From Gammaproteobacteria bacterium (GTDB taxonomy: Bacteria > Pseudomonadota > Gammaproteobacteria > Eutrophobiales > Eutrophobiaceae): DNA of 64,000 bases. A program made the translations under genes and the position numbers. Below are positions 19,241-29,564 of this stretch, in pieces (position 1 is the stretch's first letter; every line of letters starts with the position of its first letter). The notes under the pieces are model-generated. The model had not been told where the DNA came from and did no database searches. It saw nothing but the letters and a program-made list of their open reading frames with translations. Where the stretch lies: positions 1,060,451 to 1,124,450 of the forward strand of contig OZ271833.1 of NCBI GenBank assembly GCA_965601665.1, in the 5' to 3' direction.

Positions 19241-20617
19241 ATGCATCCTATAACTGATAAACACGCAAAAATGTCGATCCGACCGGCTGCCGTTGCCGGC
19301 ATGTTTTACCCGGTAGATGCGGCCAGGCTGGATGCCGAACTTGATAAGTTACTGACTACCGAGCCGGGATTGTCCGACCCTGTAAAGGCACTGGTTGTGC
19401 CGCATGCCGGGTACATCTATTCGGGACCTGTCGCTGCTAGCGCCTATGCAAACCTGTTCCGCCAGCGAGAACAAATAACACGGGTTGTGCTACTCGGCCC
19501 GGCACACCGTGTCTTCGTAGAGGGGGCAGCTATTCCCACCAATACTCATTTCGCTTCACCACTGGGTAACATTGCCCTCGATGTCGAGGCATTAGCAAGT
19601 ATTGCCGATTTGCCATTTGTTCAATACATGGATTCGGCGCATCGTGATGAGCATAGTCTCGAGGTACATCTACCCTTTCTACAAAAAACACTTGATCACT
19701 TTGTGCTGATACCCATTGTTGTTGGTAATGCTGATGCCGAACAGGTTGCATCCATATTGGAACAGCTCTGGGGCGAACAGGAAACATTGATTGTCGTTAG
19801 TTCTGATCTGAGCCATTACCACGATTACCAGCACGCAAAAAAACTTGATGCAGAAACAACACGTTTAATTGAAGGCTTTGCCTACAAAGAGATAAAACCG
19901 GAACGGGCATGTGGCTGCATGCCATTACGTGGACTGCTGAAACTTGCCAATGCAAAAAATATGATATTGAAAACGCTGGACTTGCGTAACTCAGGCGATA
20001 CAGCTGGCCCACGTGACAAGGTTGTCGGTTACGGCGCCTATGCACTCTGTGAACAACGCATATTATCAACTACCGAAAAAAGCACAGTGTTTGAAATGAT
20101 GCGACAAAGCATATTACAGGGACTTGAAGGTGACGGACCTTTACAGCCTGATATGGATAATTACCAGGATACACTATCGCGTAATTATGCTGTTTTTGTG
20201 AGCTTGAAGAAAAACGGAAAATTGCGCGGTTGCATCGGGAATACTCTTGCTGACAGGCCTTTGCTTGAAGCCGTCTGCTACTATGCGCATGCCGCGGCAT
20301 TCAATGATCCGCGATTTGCACCGCTAGGTGAAGAGGAGTGGCCTGAGACAAAACTTGGTTTGTCCATCCTGACGCCGGCAACGCCCATGCAGTTCAATGA
20401 TGAACAAGACCTAATCAGCCAGCTTCAACCCGGTCTGGATGGCCTAATCATCGAGAAGGATGGGAAAAAAGCCACTTTTTTGCCAGTGGTATGGGATTCA
20501 TTATCAGAGCCAGCACGCTTCATGACTGAATTGAAACAAAAGGCTGGCATGACGCCCAATGAATGTCCGGCACAGGCCTGGCGCTACACAGCTGAATATT
20601 ACGAATATATCACCTAG
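19241..20617 (+). CDS. fused Memo-like / AMMECR1 domain protein
   Basis: N-terminal half reads RPAAVAGMFYP ... VVPHAGYIYSG (Memo family). C-terminal half reads GKLRGCIGN ... DPRF (AMMECR1 family). Confidence 0.85.
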   Translation: MHPITDKHAKMSIRPAAVAGMFYPVDAARLDAELDKLLTTEPGLSDPVKALVVPHAGYIYSGPVAASAYANLFRQREQITRVVLLGPAHRVFVEGAAIPTNTHFASPLGNIALDVEALASIADLPFVQYMDSAHRDEHSLEVHLPFLQKTLDHFVLIPIVVGNADAEQVASILEQLWGEQETLIVVSSDLSHYHDYQHAKKLDAETTRLIEGFAYKEIKPERACGCMPLRGLLKLANAKNMILKTLDLRNSGDTAGPRDKVVGYGAYALCEQRILSTTEKSTVFEMMRQSILQGLEGDGPLQPDMDNYQDTLSRNYAVFVSLKKNGKLRGCIGNTLADRPLLEAVCYYAHAAAFNDPRFAPLGEEEWPETKLGLSILTPATPMQFNDEQDLISQLQPGLDGLIIEKDGKKATFLPVVWDSLSEPARFMTELKQKAGMTPNECPAQAWRYTAEYYEYIT

Positions 20618-20711
20618 GTCTTCGGCAGACAGGAACTCATATCGTTTTATGTATCCTTAAACAAATAGCTGTTATCACTCAAGTTTTACCCCTGCCCGTC
20701 GTTACGCTGGT

Positions 20712-22004
20712 ATGGATATTCAGGCAACATTACTAACCCGTGTGCCTGCTGCGCAGACGACAGCGGTCGATCTGAAAAGCTGGTTGGTCGGCAAGCTGAT
20801 GAGTGCTGCCGTCGTTGAGCGTCGCTCTGGAAATACAATCGTTCTGAAAGTACAGGACCAACTGGTCAAGGCCCATTCCAGACAACCGCTAGATGTAAAA
20901 CCCGGTGACAACCTTACTCTGAGGGTAATCCAGAACAGCAACCCGGCTATTCTCAAGATTGAATCACAGCAGCGCCCGGTGACTGACTTACAACTGCAGC
21001 AACAGTTACTGCGAGAAACACTACCCAGGCAAACCGGCATGGAAAAACTGAATACCGTTATTCAACAGGCAAGCACGGAATCAAAGGACGCCAGGGAAAT
21101 ATTGCCACTACCGGTCAGGAAACAGTTACAAAAAATAGTCGACAGCTTGCCGTCATCGAGGTCACTTGAATCCGCAAGCGGTCTGAAAACAGCCTTGCAA
21201 GACTCGGGGCTGTTTCTCGAGGCAAAGCTGCTCAATCATGCACGTCCTATAACGTCAGCCCTTTCTCAATGGCAAGCACTGTTACCGGGAAATGATCTAA
21301 AAGCCAATCTATTGCAACTCTACAGGGCCATCCAGAAAGCCAGACCAAGGTTTCCACCTGTTGCAACATTGGCCAGCACAAAGCCATCTTCATCGACGCC
21401 AATCACAACATCAATGTCTTCTTCGTTAGTCTCCACGCAGGAACAAACGGGTACCGGCACAAAAACCAATATGCAGGTGGCTTCAACTAATGTAGCAGTA
21501 AAAACAGGTTTACCATTGATAGCGCCCGAACGACACCTGGATTTGGAAAACGTCGGTAAACAGGTTGAGTCCGCACTTGCTCGAATAGAAGCCAACCAGG
21601 CGCGATCCATCGTGACTGATATGCAACCGCTATCAACATGGCGATTCGAGCTACCCGTAAAAGACAATAGCGAACTGGACCTGGTCAAACTGGAATTGGA
21701 GCAGGAACAACATTCTGGTGAAAACGAGCAATCGAGCAGAACATGGACAGTAAACCTGTACATAGAGTTTGAAAGTGGCGGAAGCCTGTCTGCAAGGGCC
21801 TCAATGTACGGCAAAGAAATGCATATTTCGGTGTGGTCTGGAGATCAACAGATTGATTCACTTATTCAAGTCCACCTGCAGAAGCTCGATGACAACCTGC
21901 AAAAAAAAGGAGTACAACTACAAGCTCTGCGGCATGCTCTACAACCAAAGGCACAGGGTCACAACAACATCCCGGAAACCCGACTGATTAGTGTGAAGTT
22001 ATGA
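20712..22004 (+). CDS. FliK-like (flagellar hook-length control C-terminal domain) protein
   Basis: Low-complexity Q/S/T/P-rich middle region and a C-terminal segment (WRFELPV...LELEQEQ...WTVNLYIEFESGGSLSARASMYGKEMHISVW...) shaped like the FliK C-terminal domain. ATGA overlap with the downstream FlhB-C-like gene. Confidence 0.55.
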   Translation: MDIQATLLTRVPAAQTTAVDLKSWLVGKLMSAAVVERRSGNTIVLKVQDQLVKAHSRQPLDVKPGDNLTLRVIQNSNPAILKIESQQRPVTDLQLQQQLLRETLPRQTGMEKLNTVIQQASTESKDAREILPLPVRKQLQKIVDSLPSSRSLESASGLKTALQDSGLFLEAKLLNHARPITSALSQWQALLPGNDLKANLLQLYRAIQKARPRFPPVATLASTKPSSSTPITTSMSSSLVSTQEQTGTGTKTNMQVASTNVAVKTGLPLIAPERHLDLENVGKQVESALARIEANQARSIVTDMQPLSTWRFELPVKDNSELDLVKLELEQEQHSGENEQSSRTWTVNLYIEFESGGSLSARASMYGKEMHISVWSGDQQIDSLIQVHLQKLDDNLQKKGVQLQALRHALQPKAQGHNNIPETRLISVKL

Positions 22005-22276
22005 CGCATAAACAAAAGAAAGCCGTTGCACTTTACTATGATGGTGAAAGCGCGCCCAGGTTATCTGCCAAGGGCAATGCTGATATAGCCGAAAAAATTC
22101 TCGCGATTGCCGCCGAGCATGATATTCCTATCAGGGAAGAACCCGAACTGGTCAATGTACTTTCAACACTTCAACTGGGTGAAGAAATACCCAAAGACCT
22201 ATATGTCGCAATTGCAGAAATTATTGCTTTTGCATATATGCTTAAGGGAAAAAAACCTGCTGCAATTAACCGCTAA
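22001..22276 (+). CDS. FlhB C-terminal-domain-like protein (EscU/YscU/HrcU switch-domain homolog, YlqH-type)
   Basis: 91 aa: KAVALYYDGESAPRLSAKGNADIAEKILAIAAEHDIPIREEPELVNVL...IPKDLYVAIAEIIAFAY matches the post-cleavage C-terminal part of FlhB. Confidence 0.8.
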   Translation: MTHKQKKAVALYYDGESAPRLSAKGNADIAEKILAIAAEHDIPIREEPELVNVLSTLQLGEEIPKDLYVAIAEIIAFAYMLKGKKPAAINR

Positions 22277-22748
22277 GTCGTTGCAGCCTGCGCGCTTCTT
22301 TTGCCTTTTCCATATCCCCAAGTTTTTCGTAAGCCGTGGCCATAACTGACCAGTTGCGTGACTTTAGTTGCAGATCATTAGCCGCCAACGCATTTGATTT
22401 TCGTGCCAATGCTATTGCCTGCTGCCAGTTGCTTTGTTGCAAACGTATCTGTGCAAATTGATGCCACAACACTGCATTACCGGGTTCAATACGCAGTGCC
22501 CTTTCAAGCAACGCTATGGCCTTATCAGTATTGCCAGCAGCGGCATGATGGTTAGCGTCTTCTATCAGGCTTGCAATCACGGTGGGCTGGACTTTGTCAC
22601 CGCTATAAGCAGGCGCTTCAGGTATCTCTTCAACCGGCACATGGCGCTCTTCTACCGGGATCAACGACTCTGGTCGGTTTGTCTGTGATGAACAGGCTGT
22701 CAGATACAGACAGACGAAAACAATGCAGCTAGTACGAATTATTTTCAT
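22266..22748 (-). CDS. TPR-repeat lipoprotein
   Basis: Start at MKIIRTSCIVFVCLYLTAC (lipobox). TPR-like repeats (AIALLERALRIEPGNAVLWHQFAQI...). Confidence 0.7.
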   Translation of the reverse strand: MKIIRTSCIVFVCLYLTACSSQTNRPESLIPVEERHVPVEEIPEAPAYSGDKVQPTVIASLIEDANHHAAAGNTDKAIALLERALRIEPGNAVLWHQFAQIRLQQSNWQQAIALARKSNALAANDLQLKSRNWSVMATAYEKLGDMEKAKEARRLQRLSG

Positions 22749-22765
22749 GGTCGATAACAATTTTC

Positions 22766-25039
22766 CTAATAACAGTTCACTGTTGCCGGCGCCTTGCCAG
22801 TGACAAAAGGATAGTCCCTTTTCCTGTCGCAACTTTGCGGCGGATTAGACAAATCGGGTTGACTGTTCCATTCAATTGTTTCGGGAGGCAATAGCATCAG
22901 CGGCACCGGTTTGACTCGTTTCATTATACCAAGCCATACCTGCATGGCACCTGTCGAGCCAGTCAGCTTCGTCGGGGCATTGTCATCTCTTCCAACCCAT
23001 ACAACGCCCAGCAACCGGTCACCGAAACCTGCAAACCACGTGTCGCGTAAATCATTCGTTGTCCCCGTTTTGCCGGCTAGCGGCATTAATGAGGGCAGTT
23101 CGCGTTTAAGTCGTGCTGCCGTACCATACTGCACAACACTCGCTAAAAGGTATTGTGTGAGGAAAGCATATTCCGGCTTCAGGTGCTCTATGACTTCAAG
23201 GTCGTATTTCTTTAGCGGCTGCCCGTTACTGTCAAACACGGCACGCACGGTCTTTAGCGGCACCTGCAAACCACCGCTGGCAATTGTTTGATACATTTGT
23301 GTAACTTCATAAGGTGACAGATCCAATGCCCCTAGTAATAGTGCCGGAACACGTGGCACCGAACCACGAACACCCAGATTGCGTAAAGTCCGGATAACTT
23401 TATCCAACCCGACAGCCAGACCCAGGCGTACCGTCGACAGGTTGTAGGATCTGGCCAATGAACGAAAAAGCGGCACGTTACCATGACTACGATTGTCGTA
23501 GTTTCTTGGTGACCAGGTGCTGCCATTATCCTGTGCCAGATTGATAGGCGAATCATCCAGCGGTGACAACAGATGATACTGGTCAGGATTTTCAAGGGCA
23601 GATAAATAGATTGCGGGTTTAATGAGTGAGCCAATTGGTCGCCTGGCATCCAATGCACGGTTAAACGCATTTTGGTCGCGGTCCCTGTCGCCAAGTAGCG
23701 ACAAAACCTCGCCATCATTCTGACTTGCGATGACAACCGCTGTTTCAAGCGTATCCTGCCTGAAATTGGCAAGTGTATCGAGTCTACGCATCTCGGCAGT
23801 AACGCTCTGTTCAACCGCATCCTGCATTTCAGTATCAAGTGTCGTATGAATCTGCAAACCCTCGTTACGCAAGTCTTCGTTCTCGTAATCACGACGTAAA
23901 TGTCGCCTGACCAGGTCAAGAAATGCGGGATACCTGGCGCTACTCCAACCCGGCTTATCAGTAATGCGTAAGGTTCGCTTCCTGGCAAGCTGGTGCTGTG
24001 CCTCCGTGATATAACCCTGTTCCAGCATCGCGGCCAATACAAGGTCACGTCGCTTCAGGGCACGTTCGGGATGACGCCGCGGATTATAGTAAGACGGGCC
24101 CTTAATCATACCTACCAGTAACGCAACCTGTTCGAGATTCAGTTCATTCAACGGGCGCGAGAAAAAGAACTCGGCTGCTGTACCAAAACCGTGCACGGCA
24201 CGTGCGCCATTCTGTCCAAGAAATATTTCATTAACATAGGCAGCCAGGATGCTCTCTTTCGAGTAGTGGTAATCAAGCATGAGCGCCATCAGTATTTCAT
24301 TGAACTTTCGGGTGTAGGTGCGCTCCCGCGTCAAAAACAGGTTCTTTACCAGTTGCTGCGTTAATGTGCTGCCACCCTGTGTGATTTTTCCAGACACCAG
24401 GTTGACGTATATGGAGCGTAGGATGCCTTTCGGGTCGATTCCGTGATGTGTAAAAAAATGCCTGTCTTCAATAGCAACCAGTGCATCAATTAGCGATTGT
24501 GGAATCTCATCAAGATGTACCAGGGCGCGATCTTCATCATGCAAGGGAAAAATTTTCCCGATAAGTAATGGTTCTATACGGACAATCTGCAGCCTTGTAC
24601 CACTACCGAGTTCCGTAATTGACGCGATATATTGTTGCGTAAATGAAACAGATATTTTTTTTGCCTGTTCTGTTCCGTCCCAATAATCAAACTTGCGTTG
24701 ATAAATATTAACGCTGTTATTGTTAACGCCAAACTGTCCTGGCCCCTGAAGTTTGCGAACAGGTTTGTATCCCAGTTCCTTCAGTTTAGCAACCAGCTGC
24801 TCCACCTTGTAATGACGTCCAATATATAGCTCGGTAGGTTGTGCATACACTCTCGCAGGAATAGCCCAACGCTTACCCTCAAATTCGCGTTTAATCTGGT
24901 AGTTTAACCACACACAATAAGACAGGAATACACAGCCAGCGATGACAACCAGTTGCCACAGCCAGCGTTTGAAATAGGATTTAACTACAGACTTTCGTGT
25001 TTTTTTCTTTTTTCGGCTTACTTTCTTTTTTCTTGCCAT
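22766..25039 (-). CDS. mrcB: penicillin-binding protein 1B (bifunctional glycosyltransferase/transpeptidase)
   Basis: Basic N-terminus, one TM segment, a UB2H-like segment (KRWAIPARVYAQPTELY), GT51 motifs (EDRHFFTHHGID, GGSTLTQQ) and a transpeptidase SxxK region. Confidence 0.92.
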   Translation of the reverse strand: MARKKKVSRKKKKTRKSVVKSYFKRWLWQLVVIAGCVFLSYCVWLNYQIKREFEGKRWAIPARVYAQPTELYIGRHYKVEQLVAKLKELGYKPVRKLQGPGQFGVNNNSVNIYQRKFDYWDGTEQAKKISVSFTQQYIASITELGSGTRLQIVRIEPLLIGKIFPLHDEDRALVHLDEIPQSLIDALVAIEDRHFFTHHGIDPKGILRSIYVNLVSGKITQGGSTLTQQLVKNLFLTRERTYTRKFNEILMALMLDYHYSKESILAAYVNEIFLGQNGARAVHGFGTAAEFFFSRPLNELNLEQVALLVGMIKGPSYYNPRRHPERALKRRDLVLAAMLEQGYITEAQHQLARKRTLRITDKPGWSSARYPAFLDLVRRHLRRDYENEDLRNEGLQIHTTLDTEMQDAVEQSVTAEMRRLDTLANFRQDTLETAVVIASQNDGEVLSLLGDRDRDQNAFNRALDARRPIGSLIKPAIYLSALENPDQYHLLSPLDDSPINLAQDNGSTWSPRNYDNRSHGNVPLFRSLARSYNLSTVRLGLAVGLDKVIRTLRNLGVRGSVPRVPALLLGALDLSPYEVTQMYQTIASGGLQVPLKTVRAVFDSNGQPLKKYDLEVIEHLKPEYAFLTQYLLASVVQYGTAARLKRELPSLMPLAGKTGTTNDLRDTWFAGFGDRLLGVVWVGRDDNAPTKLTGSTGAMQVWLGIMKRVKPVPLMLLPPETIEWNSQPDLSNPPQSCDRKRDYPFVTGKAPATVNCY

Positions 25040-25149
25040 GAAGATACTGCTGATAAGGAGGAAAACTGCTATTTAATGCTCGCCACTATGCAGCTTACAT
25101 GATCACACAGTACGCGGAAATAAAACGTAACTTATTGTTTTTCTGGAAC

Positions 25150-25172
25150 TAAAAAAGGCCCCTTGCGGGGCC
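25150..25172 (-). terminator. rho-independent terminator downstream of the histone-like gene
   Basis: Minus strand reads GGCCCC-GCAA-GGGGCC followed by a T6 run. Confidence 0.75.
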
Positions 25173-25328
25173 TATCAGTATTTTAGAGAGAGACTCACAC
25201 ACGGCCTGATCTAGTCAAGCTTTTGCAAGTGCTCAAACAGCGCTTTTCGGCGCTTTTTTCTTGCTTCTATGACTTCCCGTGCATTTTTTCTTCGAGCTTC
25301 ATCTCGCTCGGCCGGGGTCATAGTTTTT

Positions 25329-25700
25329 CTATCTTCTTCGGGCTTTTTTCCTAGTAGCTTTTTTTTTGGCTTTTTTCTTGGCCTTCTTTCTAGCTACTTT
25401 CTTTTTAGCCTTTTTCTTGGCCTTCTTTTTGGCCTTTTTCTTGGTGGCCTTCTTTTTGGCCTTTTTCCTGGTGGCTTTTTTCTTTGCCTTTTTCTTGGCC
25501 TTCTTTTTGGCCTTCTTCTTGGTAGCTTTCTTCTTGGCCTTCTTCTTGGTAGCTTTCTTCTTGGCCTTCTTTCTAGCTACTTTCTTCTTGGCTTTCTTCT
25601 TGGCCGTTTTACGTTTAGCTGTCTTTCTCTTAGCTACCTTCTTCTTCGCAGTTTTTTTCTTGGCTGCGGATTTCTTTTTTGCAGTCTTCTTCTTTGCCAT
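25329..25700 (-). CDS. histone H1-like Lys/Ala-rich nucleoid-associated protein
   Basis: 123 aa composed almost entirely of K, A, R, T and V in KKAKKKAT(K/R)K-type repeats. GGGGAG Shine-Dalgarno about 8 nt before the ATG, and a terminator downstream. Confidence 0.75.
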   Translation of the reverse strand: MAKKKTAKKKSAAKKKTAKKKVAKRKTAKRKTAKKKAKKKVARKKAKKKATKKKAKKKATKKKAKKKAKKKAKKKATRKKAKKKATKKKAKKKAKKKAKKKVARKKAKKKAKKKATRKKARRR

Positions 25701-25873
25701 GTCAGAGACTCCCCTTTGTTACTGATTAGTAGTTAAACAGATTAAATGTACAACACAATAAACTACAACGTTGACAATTATAGCCATGTTTTATGTTTTT
25801 TCACTATTTTTTTATCTTTTCTTCTTTAACAATCTTTTGAACTGTTTATCAAAATAGTTTTGTTACATAAAAA

Positions 25874-26527
<654 letters not shown>

Positions 26528-26602
26528 CTACTCCTCTCTTTCATTATTATCTGCATGAAGTATATTCATTCTTACTGATGCATTGTTTAAGAATATCTAC
26601 TT

Positions 26603-26983
26603 ATGAAAATTGAACTCGACATCGCCGATAAGGATGCTAACAAGATACAGTCTTATGCCAATGATTCTTTCAAGGTTAAAGATACTATCATCGCTTCCAA
26701 TATCGTCATTTCAAGGAATAAATTAATCGATAACTGGGTTGCAGACGGCTATGGTACTTTTGCAACGCAACATCTCGATGACATCATTCGCTGGGAACCT
26801 GAGATAATTTTACTTGGTACCGGTAAAACCATGGCATTTCCGGATCCACAAATGACTGCCTATGTTAACTCCCATCAAATTGGTTTTGAGATCATGGACA
26901 CGGGTGCCGCATGTCGCAGTTATAATGTATTAATTGATGAAGGAAGACATGTTGTTGCCTGTCTTTTTTTATCCTCTGCTTAA
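26603..26983 (+). CDS. Mth938-like (DUF498) domain protein
   Basis: About 125 aa with the pattern ...[15 protein letters not shown]...[17 protein letters not shown]..., typical of this family. Confidence 0.65.
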   Translation: MKIELDIADKDANKIQSYANDSFKVKDTIIASNIVISRNKLIDNWVADGYGTFATQHLDDIIRWEPEIILLGTGKTMAFPDPQMTAYVNSHQIGFEIMDTGAACRSYNVLIDEGRHVVACLFLSSA

Positions 26984-28002
26984 TCTTCCAGGTATAACGT
27001 ATCCAGTGAAAACCCCTGGCGCTGCAAAATCTGCCGCAGGCGTTTGATGGCCTCTATCTGGATCTGTCGGACCCGTTCACGGGTCACGCCGAGTTCGTTA
27101 CCAATTTCTTCAAGGGTCGCAACTTCCCGACCATGCAATCCAAAGCGTCGCTCCACCACGGCACACTGTTTTTCACTAAGCTGCTCAAGCCACGTGTCAA
27201 TGTGCTCCTGCACATCGCTATTTTGCAATAACTGGGATGGATCCGGATTTTGTTCATCTGGCAGCGTATCAAGCAGGGTCCTGTCCGCGTCGTACGGGCT
27301 GGGAGAATCAACTGACGTAATCCGTTCATTCAGTCCTAACATGCGTTTAACGACATCAATGGGTTGATCAAGCATTTCTGCGACATCTTCAGGACTGGGC
27401 TCACGATCAAGTTTCTGCGCCAACTGCCTTGCCGCGCGCAGATAAATATTGATTTCCTTTACCACGTGAATTGGCAGGCGCACGGTGCGGGTCTGGTTCA
27501 TTAATGCCCGCTCTATAGTCTGGCGTATCCACCACGTAGCGTAAGTGGAAAAGCGGAAACCTTTTTCAGGATCGAACTTTTCAACAGCACGAATGAGGCC
27601 AAGGTTTCCTTCTTCAATTAAATCCAGCAAGGCCAGACCACGGTTCATATAGCGCCGGGCAATTTTAACAACCAGACGCAAATTACTTTCGATCATTCTC
27701 TTGCGCGCACTTTCGTCGCCTTTCAACGCCTTACGCGCAAAATAGACCTCTTCTTCAGCCGTTAATAAAGGCGAAAAGCCGATCTCATTCAGGTAGATAC
27801 GCGTTGCATCCAGATCGCCGGTTGGTACAGCATGGGCTTCAAATCGGGTTGGCTCGGCTTTCTGCTCGTCTTTGTCAGCATCTGCCTTGCCTTGCTCAGT
27901 ATCTTCGTCAGTAAACTCATCCTCGTTGATGTCCTCGATATCATTATCGTCAACATCTTCCTGGTCTGAACCAGTCTTGGAACTGGAGGATTCGTCTTTC
28001 AT
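26980..28002 (-). CDS. rpoS: RNA polymerase sigma factor RpoS
   Basis: Acidic N-terminus followed by [27 protein letters not shown]...[16 protein letters not shown]. Lies directly downstream of nlpD. Confidence 0.93.
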   Translation of the reverse strand: MKDESSSSKTGSDQEDVDDNDIEDINEDEFTDEDTEQGKADADKDEQKAEPTRFEAHAVPTGDLDATRIYLNEIGFSPLLTAEEEVYFARKALKGDESARKRMIESNLRLVVKIARRYMNRGLALLDLIEEGNLGLIRAVEKFDPEKGFRFSTYATWWIRQTIERALMNQTRTVRLPIHVVKEINIYLRAARQLAQKLDREPSPEDVAEMLDQPIDVVKRMLGLNERITSVDSPSPYDADRTLLDTLPDEQNPDPSQLLQNSDVQEHIDTWLEQLSEKQCAVVERRFGLHGREVATLEEIGNELGVTRERVRQIQIEAIKRLRQILQRQGFSLDTLYLED

Positions 28003-28019
28003 ACAACTACGCTCGACGG

Positions 28020-28889
28020 CTAGGCAGATCTCTTGGGTAAATAAGTAATTGGATTGGTTGGCTTACCATTTTTACGGATCTCGAAATGAAGAACAGTACG
28101 ACCACTGTGATCCTGTCCCATGTAGGAAATGGGCTGTCCTGCCCTCACTCTGTCACCTTCCTTGACAAGCAACTTGCTGTTGTAAGCATATGCACTCAGG
28201 TAAGTCTCATTATGTTTTATGATAATAAGCTTTCCATAACCAAAAAGTCCACTACCGCTGTAAACAACATCGCCTGTTGCTGCCGCCTTGATTGTTTGAC
28301 CCGACTTACCGCTGATATCAATCCCCTTCCTGGAGGTCGGGGAATTTGATTTAACAATCTTACCGACTGTGGGCCAGGACCATTTCACCGCGCCTGTTGG
28401 CAACGGTTTTTTTGTGTTCTGCTTCGTGACTACCTGTTTCGGTGCAGGGTTTGTCACCGGCTTGGGTTTCGGGGCCGTTGCAACAGACTCGTTTTTTGAT
28501 GGGCGCTTTTTTACCGTTTCAGATTGTAACGGAGTGCCCTTTTTCTTTGTCAGTGGATTCGCCGTACGCTGATCGGCGGCTGGTTTCAGTCGTATAAACT
28601 GACCCGGATAAATCGTATATGGCGGCGAGATGCGATTCCATTGTGCAACAGCCTTGAAGTCCCTGGAATAACGAAAAGCAATGGAATATAAGGTGTCACC
28701 TTTTTCGACAATATGATAGCCGGAATCAAGGTTCGCGCGGTCTCTGCTAAGCTGTAATGCAATATTACGTTCTGTGGTTGATGGTACCTGTTCACGGACA
28801 ACATCGCGCTGCTGTACCGGCGCGATAGATCTGCCACAAGCCTGCAAGAGGCACAAAATAGCTATGATCGCCGTCCTAGAAAAAAACAT
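28020..28889 (-). CDS. nlpD: LysM / M23 peptidase-family lipoprotein NlpD
   Basis: Lipobox LLQAC, a LysM domain ([17 protein letters not shown]), a Pro/Lys linker and a C-terminal M23 domain. Confidence 0.9.
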   Translation of the reverse strand: MFFSRTAIIAILCLLQACGRSIAPVQQRDVVREQVPSTTERNIALQLSRDRANLDSGYHIVEKGDTLYSIAFRYSRDFKAVAQWNRISPPYTIYPGQFIRLKPAADQRTANPLTKKKGTPLQSETVKKRPSKNESVATAPKPKPVTNPAPKQVVTKQNTKKPLPTGAVKWSWPTVGKIVKSNSPTSRKGIDISGKSGQTIKAAATGDVVYSGSGLFGYGKLIIIKHNETYLSAYAYNSKLLVKEGDRVRAGQPISYMGQDHSGRTVLHFEIRKNGKPTNPITYLPKRSA

Positions 28890-28904
28890 TACACCATCGA
28901 ATAA

Positions 28905-29564
28905 TCAGTCCACGCCGCCCAGCATTGGCACAAAACTTACTGAATCCAGATACTCTTCAGTAAACCCTTCATTTGTGCGAGTGATTAATAGTAATTTTTG
29001 TTCCCCGGATTTGCCAACGGGAATTATCAGTCGACCATCTATAGCCAGTTGCTCTTTCAATGCTTCAGGCACGCCAATAGGCGCAGCAGCGACAATAATG
29101 CCATCAAATGGTGCATGCTCGGGCCAACCAATATTTCCATCGGCATGTTTGGCCCTGATATTTCTTACGCCCAGCTTGTAAAAACGTTCTCGTGCTTTCA
29201 TCAACAGACCGTTGATTCGTTCCACCGTGTAAACATTTTTCGCAAACTGCGCGATGATGACTGACTGGTAACCGCAACCTGTCCCTATTTCGAGTACATT
29301 CTCCAGGGTTTTATCCTTAATCAATGCCTCGGTCATTTTCGCCACGATATACGGTTGTGAGATCGTCTGATTGAAACCGATGGGCAAAGCCGTGTTTTCA
29401 TACGCACGGCTGGCAAGCGCTTCGTCCACAAACATATGCCGAGGCGTATTGCGAATGCTGTTTAACACAGCAGTTGACTGTATTCCCATCTCAGCGAGCC
29501 TGGTAGCTAGACGATCCCGTGTTCGCTGTGAAGTCATACCGATGCCAGCAAGCTCCGAATTCAT
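28905..29564 (-). CDS. pcm: protein-L-isoaspartate O-methyltransferase
   Basis: [14 protein letters not shown] motif. ATGA overlap with surE. Confidence 0.93.
   Translation of the reverse strand: MNSELAGIGMTSQRTRDRLATRLAEMGIQSTAVLNSIRNTPRHMFVDEALASRAYENTALPIGFNQTISQPYIVAKMTEALIKDKTLENVLEIGTGCGYQSVIIAQFAKNVYTVERINGLLMKARERFYKLGVRNIRAKHADGNIGWPEHAPFDGIIVAAAPIGVPEALKEQLAIDGRLIIPVGKSGEQKLLLITRTNEGFTEEYLDSVSFVPMLGGVD

Noticed and set aside
23332-24048. 238-aa minus-strand ORF inside mrcB
   Set aside because: It is an alternative frame of the well-supported PBP1B gene and shows no independent signals.
25269-25736. Plus-strand F/L-rich ORFs (155 and 119 aa) over the Lys-rich gene
   Set aside because: They are the mirror image of AAG/AAA-rich codons. 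Only the minus-strand ORF has a Shine-Dalgarno, an ATG and a downstream terminator.
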